Of a DNA stretch of 17,361 bases, positions 1 to 6,738 are shown in pieces. Made by a program: the position numbers and the translations under genes. Below the pieces are notes generated by a model, which did not search any database, was not told the DNA's origin, and saw only the letters and a program-made list of their open reading frames with translations. Each line of letters opens with the position of its first letter. The stretch's first letter is position 1. Location of the stretch: assembly GCA_036351155.1 (NCBI GenBank), contig JAZBOO010000129.1, forward strand, positions 1 to 17,361, given 5' to 3'. Origin of the DNA: Candidatus Krumholzibacteriia bacterium (GTDB lineage Bacteria > Krumholzibacteriota > Krumholzibacteriia > LZORAL124-64-63).

Positions 1-2
1 AG

Positions 3-3000
3 GAAGGAGTTGCCGATGCTCCCGAGGAAACCGGCACCTCCACCCCACCTCGCGTGGCCCTTCTCTGCGAGAACGGGATAGGGTCGGCCTGTTGCGATCT
101 GGCTTGCCTGACCCACGACATTTTCATCACGCCCCTGAACATTCACTTCGACACCGACAACCTGGTCTGGATTTTCGACCGCCTGGATATCACCACCGCC
201 GTGTGCGATCACCCCGACCGCCTCGAGGCTTTGCTGGCCATCCGCGAAAAGAGCCGGCGCAAGTTCCGGATCTTCACATTGAACGATTGTCAGCGGGCCG
301 GGCAAGACGACATTCACCTGCTGGAAGAACGGCGCAATCTGCTGGATCCCACCGAGGCGACCCGTCTCCTCGACCGGAGACCCCGGATGGGAATGCGCGA
401 CACCGCCACGGTGATGTTCACCAGCGGAAGCACGGGGCGCCCCAAGGGCGTGGCCTTCAATCAGCACAATCTGGTGAGCAAGCGATTTGCCCGGGCGGCC
501 GCCCTGCCCCGGGTGGGGCGTGACGAGGTCATGCTCTGCTACCTCCCCCTGTTTCACACCTTCGGGCGCTACCTGGAAATGCTGGGCTCCATTTTCTGGG
601 GCGGCACCTATGTTTTTGCCGGCAACCCCTCGGCCGAAGCCCTTCTGGTCCAGTTCCAGGTCGTTCAACCGACCGCCCTGATTTCTGTGCCCATCCGCTG
701 GGTGCAGATCCGGGACAAGGTCATGCAAATGCTCTTGGATCAAGGGGAGGAAATGACCGCCGAGACGGCCTTCCGGCAGGTCGTGGGGGCCCGTCTGGCC
801 TGGGGTCTTTCGGCGGCTGGCTACCTGGACCCCAAGGTCTTTCGCTTCTTCCATCGCCACGGGGTGACGCTGTGCAGCGGTTTCGGCATGACCGAGGGCA
901 CCGGCGGCTTGACCATGACCCCGCCGGACGACTATGTGGAGAATTCCGTCGGCATCCCTCTGCCCGGAGTGGCTGTGCGCTTCGGTGAGGAGGGGGAGTT
1001 GCAGATCGCCGGCCCCTACATCGCGCGCTACCTGCCCGAGGAAGGAGCACCGGGTGACGTGACCGTGGAGGAGCCCGAGTCCGACACCTTCTGGCTGGCC
1101 ACCGGGGATCTGTTTCGGGAAAAACCGGGCGGTCATCTGGAAATCGTCGACCGCATCAAGGACATCTACAAGAACAACCGGGGCCAGACCATTGCGCCCC
1201 GCAAGGTCGAAAGCCTGTTCGATGGCGTGCCCGGCATCAAGCGAACCTTCCTGGCCGGTGACGGCCGATCCTTCAACACCCTGCTGATCGTGCCTGACAA
1301 CGAGGACGAGGTGCTGCACAACCTGCGCACCGAGGAAGAACGGCGGGAATATTTCCAGCAGATCGTCACCACCGGTAATCCCGGGCTGGCCTCCTTCGAA
1401 CGCGTGGTCAACTTCGCCGTGCTGGGCCGCGATTTCAGCCTGGAAAAAGACGAGCTGACACCCAAGGGATCCTACCGGCGCAAGCAGATCGAAACCAACT
1501 TCGCCGACACCATCAAGGAACTGTACCAGTCCAACGTCCAGATCCTGCCCGCCGGTGGCTACGAGGTCCGCATCCCGCGCTGGGTCTATCGTGATCTGGG
1601 CATTCTGGAAGATGCCATCACAGTGGTGGACGATGTCCTGGTGCAGCGGGATAGCGGCGCGCGCCTGGCGATCGGGTCAGGACAAAATGGACGTGCCCGC
1701 ATCGGAGACCTGGAGTACCACCTCAAGGGGAACGTCATCGACCTGGGCCTGATGGCTCGGCAGCCCCTGCTCTGGATGGCCAACACCCACCTGATGGATT
1801 TCTGCCCCTGCAAGGAGGGCTGGGACACGGACCTCGGCCCCTTCAACGACCAGGTCACGCTGCCCGAACGTGCCGAGGGGCCGGTGCCGGAAGCCCTGGT
1901 GCCCACCCGGATCGACCGTCAGCTGGACCTGGTCAACACCCTGTGCTCCCGGGCCCTGTTCGGGGACACCCGCAGTGCCCTGGCCGCCATCGTGGACCTG
2001 GACGATCAGCTGGGTCACATCGGCTCGCGGCAGCAGGAAGTTGTGCGCCGCCGCCTGGAGGCCCTGGCCAACCACCCCGACATGTCCGTGCGCTGTCGCG
2101 CCTACCAGGTGCTGGTTCTGGATCAGCCCGTGCCCGACTACCTGCGCTACCTGCCCACGTTCATCGAGTCAGGCCGCCCCTTCCTGGACGAGCAGAGCTT
2201 CGAAGCCATCAGCCGCGCCAGCATCGAGCCGCGCCGATTGCTGGCTTTCCGGCAACGGCTGCACACCTACCGCGCCAGCCTGCAATGGCCCGCGGGAGAT
2301 AAAACCCGTCACCTGTTCAAGGATCTGTTCCGGCTGCTCAGCGATTTTGGCCGCTACCACCCCGAGTTCTACGGCACCATTCGCGAGGAACTGGTGACCT
2401 GGATCATGCACGACCAGGATCCCATGCTGGGCGAAGCGGCCGCTTTCGAACTGGCCGAGCTTTCCGACTGGTTCGAAAACCGGCTGAAGGAAACATCCAT
2501 CGGCATGGATCCCGCCGCCTGGGAAGGTCGCATCGTTTTTCAGGAGGGACTGAGCGAACAGGAGGTGGCCCGCCTGCAAGAAGTGCTGGTGGGCACCACC
2601 TTCCTGAAGCAGTCGGTCATGCTGGCTTTCGAAGGCGAGGACTTTTGCCTGGACGAGGTGGGACAAGGGGGGATCTGGGTTTCCCGGATCATTTCCCGGT
2701 ACCAGGATTCGCGGTACCGCGTCAGCATCAACACCACCGCGGGGAAGCACTTCGACCTGCAGGTGATCATCCGGCAGGACATCAACCAGGACCTGGTCCA
2801 GGAAACGATCTTCTGGTACATCCTGCTGCGGGGGCATCCCTTCGGAACGCCCATGTTGCCGACCTTCGGCTGCTGCCGCCCCGAACTGGGCGCCCTGTCC
2901 CTGGCCTACGTGAGTGACCTGACGGTCTGGGAGAAGATTCGCGAGTTCAGCAGCGTGCGCGGGCCGGGCACCAGCCCCCCCTCGGTGATGCGCTGGCACC

Positions 3001-4220
3001 AGCTGATGGTCCGGGCTGTTTCCGTGGTGGTCAAGGGCTGGCGCAACAGCGGCCGCCGCATCATTCCCGGGCTGATCACGCCCAACAATATTCTGGTTCC
3101 GGATCCCGACTTCCGGCTGGGTGCCCTGCAGAACAGCTTGACGGGCTGGAAACCCTACGAGGGTCCCCTGTCTCTGATCCGTCCCATCTGGCGCAACATG
3201 TTCCAGCACACCATCAGCCACTATCCCTGGACCCGGAACTACCTGAAAAGGGAGTGGGTTTTCGAGAGCTTCGTGGAAGCTCTGGGTGTGGACGACGCTC
3301 TGGTGTGGCTGCGCGAACTGGCCGAGGAGATTGGCTTCAAGGGCGATCCTGGACTGGGACGAGACTTTTCCCAGGCTCTCCAGAAATTCATCCACCGTCT
3401 GGAAACCCGTTACTTCCCTCCCCTGGCCCTGGTGGGCGCCATCGGGCGCTTCGAGGAATGGGAAAAGGTGAACGCCCAGGCCCCACTGCGGGCTCGACTG
3501 GAAATTCTGGAGGAGCTTTCGCGCCTCTATCGCTTGCGCCGGTTACCGGAGATCGCCCGCTTCTGGCTGTTCCGCAACACCTATTTCCGCAACGCGGAGC
3601 TCCATTTCCTGGACATCTACGACCGCCTTCTGACCCGCATGTTCCGGCACCCCGACCAACGCGCCACGCAGATGGTCGAGCTCTCCGATCTGGGAGCGGC
3701 CATCATCGATCCCGACGACCGCATTGCCTTCAATCGGCTGGTCTTCCCCCACCGTGAGCGCGGGGCGCGGATGGAAATCCAGACCGTGGGCGATCCGGCC
3801 CGCAAGCTGGTCATCGTACGCTCGTCCATCCAGGACCAGCAGGGACAGAGCTACTCCGTGGGCGAACCCAGCAGTCCCGCCGAGGTGGGTCAGCTGTACA
3901 GTCTGTTCCTGCAGTCGGGGTTTCCCAAGAACATCAGCGAAACCGACCGCTACTTCGTGGTCACGGACGAGGCCGAGCAGATCGTCGGCGGCATCATCTA
4001 CCGTCCGCTGGAAGATCAGGTGGTTTTCCTGGATGGGATCGTGGTCGCGCGCGCCCTGGCCGAGCGGGGTATTGCCGGCGCCGTGCTGGAGGACTTCGCC
4101 ACCCGGATGACCTCGCGAGGATACGATGTCATCAAGACCCATTTTTTCCTGCGCCGGTTCTATCAGCAACACGGCTTCCGGCTGGACAACCGGTGGGGAG
4201 GCCTAGTCCGGTTCCTCTGA
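3..4220 (+). CDS. Giant multidomain protein: long-chain acyl-CoA synthetase-like AMP-binding (ANL) domain + helical region + degenerate kinase-like region + C-terminal GNAT acetyltransferase (5'-partial)
   Basis: The frame is open from base 3 (EGVADAPEETGTSTPPRVALLCENG). RVALLCEN is an internal ANL motif, so the true start lies upstream of the window and the ORF-track start at 54 is not the real start. ANL motifs: FTSGSTGRPKG (417-449), YLPLFH, GFGMTE, ATGD, DRIKD..KNNRGQTIAP. GNAT motifs at the C-terminus: LDGIVVARALAERGIAGAVL and FYQQHGF. Stop TGA at 4218-4220. Confidence 0.9.
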   Translation, partial: EGVADAPEETGTSTPPRVALLCENGIGSACCDLACLTHDIFITPLNIHFDTDNLVWIFDRLDITTAVCDHPDRLEALLAIREKSRRKFRIFTLNDCQRAGQDDIHLLEERRNLLDPTEATRLLDRRPRMGMRDTATVMFTSGSTGRPKGVAFNQHNLVSKRFARAAALPRVGRDEVMLCYLPLFHTFGRYLEMLGSIFWGGTYVFAGNPSAEALLVQFQVVQPTALISVPIRWVQIRDKVMQMLLDQGEEMTAETAFRQVVGARLAWGLSAAGYLDPKVFRFFHRHGVTLCSGFGMTEGTGGLTMTPPDDYVENSVGIPLPGVAVRFGEEGELQIAGPYIARYLPEEGAPGDVTVEEPESDTFWLATGDLFREKPGGHLEIVDRIKDIYKNNRGQTIAPRKVESLFDGVPGIKRTFLAGDGRSFNTLLIVPDNEDEVLHNLRTEEERREYFQQIVTTGNPGLASFERVVNFAVLGRDFSLEKDELTPKGSYRRKQIETNFADTIKELYQSNVQILPAGGYEVRIPRWVYRDLGILEDAITVVDDVLVQRDSGARLAIGSGQNGRARIGDLEYHLKGNVIDLGLMARQPLLWMANTHLMDFCPCKEGWDTDLGPFNDQVTLPERAEGPVPEALVPTRIDRQLDLVNTLCSRALFGDTRSALAAIVDLDDQLGHIGSRQQEVVRRRLEALANHPDMSVRCRAYQVLVLDQPVPDYLRYLPTFIESGRPFLDEQSFEAISRASIEPRRLLAFRQRLHTYRASLQWPAGDKTRHLFKDLFRLLSDFGRYHPEFYGTIREELVTWIMHDQDPMLGEAAAFELAELSDWFENRLKETSIGMDPAAWEGRIVFQEGLSEQEVARLQEVLVGTTFLKQSVMLAFEGEDFCLDEVGQGGIWVSRIISRYQDSRYRVSINTTAGKHFDLQVIIRQDINQDLVQETIFWYILLRGHPFGTPMLPTFGCCRPELGALSLAYVSDLTVWEKIREFSSVRGPGTSPPSVMRWHQLMVRAVSVVVKGWRNSGRRIIPGLITPNNILVPDPDFRLGALQNSLTGWKPYEGPLSLIRPIWRNMFQHTISHYPWTRNYLKREWVFESFVEALGVDDALVWLRELAEEIGFKGDPGLGRDFSQALQKFIHRLETRYFPPLALVGAIGRFEEWEKVNAQAPLRARLEILEELSRLYRLRRLPEIARFWLFRNTYFRNAELHFLDIYDRLLTRMFRHPDQRATQMVELSDLGAAIIDPDDRIAFNRLVFPHRERGARMEIQTVGDPARKLVIVRSSIQDQQGQSYSVGEPSSPAEVGQLYSLFLQSGFPKNISETDRYFVVTDEAEQIVGGIIYRPLEDQVVFLDGIVVARALAERGIAGAVLEDFATRMTSRGYDVIKTHFFLRRFYQQHGFRLDNRWGGLVRFL

Positions 4221-5243
4221 TTCCAGCAGGTGCCGTTGCCAGCGGTTCGCATCGCGCCAGCGGCACACCGGCCGCAGGGCCAGCAGTCCGGTGCGCCCCA
4301 CCGAGCGCTCCAGCCAGCGCACCTCGGCCAGCTTCTCGGCAATTTCGGGATCCTTGCCAGGCTGCAGACCATGCTCCTTCATCACCAGTAGGCCCTTGGC
4401 GCGAATGGACAGCTCGGCCTGCAGGCGGAGCAGGCACAGCATGTCGGCCACGGTGTCGGGCCGGAAGCTGCCGCGCAGCGAAAGCAGGTACCGACCCAGT
4501 GGAGTCTGGCTGACCTCGCCCTCACGGATCAGCGCCAGCAACTCGGTGTCCCGGTCAAAGCCCACCCCCAGCCAGTAGCGCAGCCTTTTCTCTCCCGCCC
4601 GAAAAACCAGCACCAGTGCCGCCGGCAGGACCACCAGCAGGACGATGGTCGTGGGCACCGGCCAGATCATGAACCGGTTGAAGGCCGAATGGAACACGAT
4701 GGCCAGCACCAGGCCGGGCAGCCACACGCCCGGTGAACCGGGTCGGCGCTGGTCTCCGATCGAACGCATGAGGATGGCAAAAATGGCCGTGGCCCCCCCG
4801 TGCATGACGGCGGTTCCAAACCCGCGGATGAACCAGACGAGCAGGGGCGCATCGGGCAGCACATCGAGATAGTAAAGATTCTCGGCCAGGGCAAAACCGG
4901 CACCGGTGGCAAAACCCAGGATGGCCGCATCGATCATGAATCCTGCACGCCCCGTCCTGATCAGCCACCAGAGATACAGGGCCTTGATGGCCTCTTCCAC
5001 CACCGGAGCAATGAAGATGGCGAAGGTGAAAACCTCCCAGCGCAGGAGGCTCATGATGGATGAATTGACGATGAAGGTGACCAGCCCGCACCCGGCCCCC
5101 ACCACCACGGCCCACAGGATGCGGCGGGGTCGGACCAGACGGAAGGTGTCGAAAAACACCAGGGCCAGCAGGAAGGTCAGCACCGGGGCCAGGGCCAACG
5201 TGGCGCGGCCCAGGACATGAGCGCTCGGGAGCAGATCACTCAA
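4203..5243 (-). CDS. prsW: PrsW-family intramembrane glutamic/metallo-protease with C-terminal soluble extension
   Basis: Multiple hydrophobic helices. PrsW motifs APVVEEAIK (EExxK), GFALAEN (FxxxEN), AVMHG and FHSAFN (HxxxN). TTG start overlaps the STAS stop codon, suggesting translational coupling. About 125 aa hydrophilic C-terminal tail. Confidence 0.88.
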   Translation of the reverse strand: MSDLLPSAHVLGRATLALAPVLTFLLALVFFDTFRLVRPRRILWAVVVGAGCGLVTFIVNSSIMSLLRWEVFTFAIFIAPVVEEAIKALYLWWLIRTGRAGFMIDAAILGFATGAGFALAENLYYLDVLPDAPLLVWFIRGFGTAVMHGGATAIFAILMRSIGDQRRPGSPGVWLPGLVLAIVFHSAFNRFMIWPVPTTIVLLVVLPAALVLVFRAGEKRLRYWLGVGFDRDTELLALIREGEVSQTPLGRYLLSLRGSFRPDTVADMLCLLRLQAELSIRAKGLLVMKEHGLQPGKDPEIAEKLAEVRWLERSVGRTGLLALRPVCRWRDANRWQRHLLESEEPD

Positions 5244-5520
5244 ACGTGAAAACCCCCTGGAAGCCCGCCAGCTGGAAGACCTCGAGCAGGTGAGGATTCA
5301 ACCCCGTCAACACCAGGCCACAGTCCATGTCCAGTAGCCGGCGCTGGGTGGCGGCCAGCACACCCAGGCCAATGCTGGCGATGTAATCCAGTTGAGAAAA
5401 ATCGAGCCGGCGGGTTTCACTGACACCCGCCAGAAAATCGCGGGCCAGCGGGGCGGCCAGGGCGTCGAGCCGGCCTTCCAGCTGGATCACCCCCTGGTCA
5501 TCCTCGGAAATGTGGAACAT
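5236..5520 (-). CDS. STAS-domain protein / anti-sigma-factor antagonist (SpoIIAA/RsbV-like)
   Basis: 94 aa with LEGRLD, LDFSQLDYIASIGLGVL (phospho-acceptor Ser position retained) and EVFQLAGF. GGAG RBS upstream of ATG 5520. Confidence 0.88.
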   Translation of the reverse strand: MFHISEDDQGVIQLEGRLDALAAPLARDFLAGVSETRRLDFSQLDYIASIGLGVLAATQRRLLDMDCGLVLTGLNPHLLEVFQLAGFQGVFTFE

Positions 5521-5550
5521 AGGTTCTCCGGGGTGCCCCGGAACCAGAAG

Positions 5551-6003
5551 TTACTCCGCGCCGGGCCACAGTTGCTGGACTTCGGCCGAGGCCTTGTCCT
5601 CGTTTTTCAGCAGGTCGGCGATGCTGGTCTGTTCCAGGACCGCCACCACCCGGGCTTCGAGATGGTGCCAGACCGGACGCAGGCCGCAATCCTGGTTGCG
5701 GGGGCAGTCGGCCTCCATCTGATCGTTGCAGGGGTAGGAAAAGGCCGAGTCCCCATTGATACACCCCAGCACCTGGGCGGCCGAGATGCTGGCGGGGGGG
5801 CCGGCCAGAACATACCCTCCATTGCGACCGCGGACCGCATCGACCACGCCGCCACGGCGCAATAAACCCAGCAACTTGGCCACGGTGGGCTCGGGTAGCC
5901 CCTCGCTTTCGGCCAGTTCACCCAGGGTTTGTTGCCTATTTTCGGTGGCGAGGCGCATGATCAGGCGGATGGCCTGTTCCTCGGCACGGGTGATCCTGAA
6001 CAT
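5551..6003 (-). CDS. Rrf2-family transcriptional regulator, probable Fe-S binding (3 Cys)
   Basis: Winged HTH (LGELAESEGLPEPTVAKLLGLL) plus RGRNGGYVL. C-x7-C-x5-C followed by LRPVW. Start reassigned to ATG 6003 because GGAGG lies 5 nt upstream and MFRITRAEEQA matches typical Rrf2 N-termini. Confidence 0.9.
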   Translation of the reverse strand: MFRITRAEEQAIRLIMRLATENRQQTLGELAESEGLPEPTVAKLLGLLRRGGVVDAVRGRNGGYVLAGPPASISAAQVLGCINGDSAFSYPCNDQMEADCPRNQDCGLRPVWHHLEARVVAVLEQTSIADLLKNEDKASAEVQQLWPGAE

Positions 6004-6051
6004 CGTATCCTCCGGAACAACTGCAGGCAAGAAAACTTCGAGACACACCTA

Positions 6052-6076
6052 ATAGTTTACAGTAAAGGTCAAGATT
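6052..6076. promoter_or_regulatory. Candidate Rrf2/IscR-type operator containing a TTGACC -35-like hexamer
   Basis: The minus strand reads AATCTTGACCTTTACTGTAAACTAT, an AT-rich imperfect palindrome 48 nt upstream of the Rrf2 ATG. By my manual alignment it matches 19 of 25 positions of the IscR type-1 consensus as I recall it (ATASYYGACTRwwwYAGTCRRSTAT). No well-spaced -10 was found. Confidence 0.55.
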
Positions 6077-6095
6077 TTTCACCTACAAATCAGAA

Positions 6096-6671
6096 TCAAT
6101 CCGGCACCATGATCGAAGACTGCAAAAAATCGTCATACATATCCGCCGCCCTCGACATGACATCGGCATACGCCCTCGCCCTGGTCATCGCCCCCAGATA
6201 GGGTTTCAGCTCATCGAACCGGAAACCATCTTCCAGGTGCATGAACATCAGACGATCGGCCAGCAGGCTGTCGGGCCGGCTGCGGGTCATGAAGTCCACC
6301 CCCAGCCCCAGCTCCTGAAGAAGGTACTGAACGCTATCTTCAGCGACGGGATAGGCCAGGGAATGGGCCTCGGTGGCCACCCTGATGCGCCAGCCGTCGG
6401 TCCACCAGCGGGGATCGACCTCGGGAACCTTGGGGATCGGCTGGTCCTTGCGGATATTGTTCGGGATATCCGGCGGGCTGGTCTGAAAGTTCGGTGGCGG
6501 AAGCAGGATCAGCCACCTGGCCTCGGGCCTGGCGTCATGTTCAGGAAGCTGGCGGGGCAACGCGAGGAGATCCCACCAGCCCAGCGGGATGACAAAGAAG
6601 ACCACGGCCGTGATGGCCAGGGCGGTGATCAGGGCAAAAGGCCATTTCCAGGGATCTGGATGGTGGTGCAT
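6096..6671 (-). CDS. Hypothetical membrane-anchored protein (N-terminal TM helix, Pro-rich linker)
   Basis: Fills the gap between the kinase and Rrf2 genes on the same strand. TM segment WPFALITALAITAVVFFVIPLGWW, then LLPPPNFQTSPPDIP and a helical C-terminus. Start is ATG 6671, or the ORF-track TTG at 6710. Confidence 0.65.
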   Translation of the reverse strand: MHHHPDPWKWPFALITALAITAVVFFVIPLGWWDLLALPRQLPEHDARPEARWLILLPPPNFQTSPPDIPNNIRKDQPIPKVPEVDPRWWTDGWRIRVATEAHSLAYPVAEDSVQYLLQELGLGVDFMTRSRPDSLLADRLMFMHLEDGFRFDELKPYLGAMTRARAYADVMSRAADMYDDFLQSSIMVPD

Positions 6672-6738
6672 ACGGCGCAATACCACCCGAGCAGCAATTG
6701 GTTCCCGCAAATGGCCGACGAGCAGAGGAATGTCGGGA

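Noticed and set aside
54..56. GTG at 54 as the start of the giant protein
   Set aside because: The frame is open to the window edge and this codon lies within an internal ANL motif (RVALLCEN), so the gene begins upstream.
2169..3395. 408-aa minus-strand ORF (and 3543-4172) inside the giant gene
   Set aside because: Antisense shadow ORFs typical of high-GC coding DNA; no motifs or RBS.
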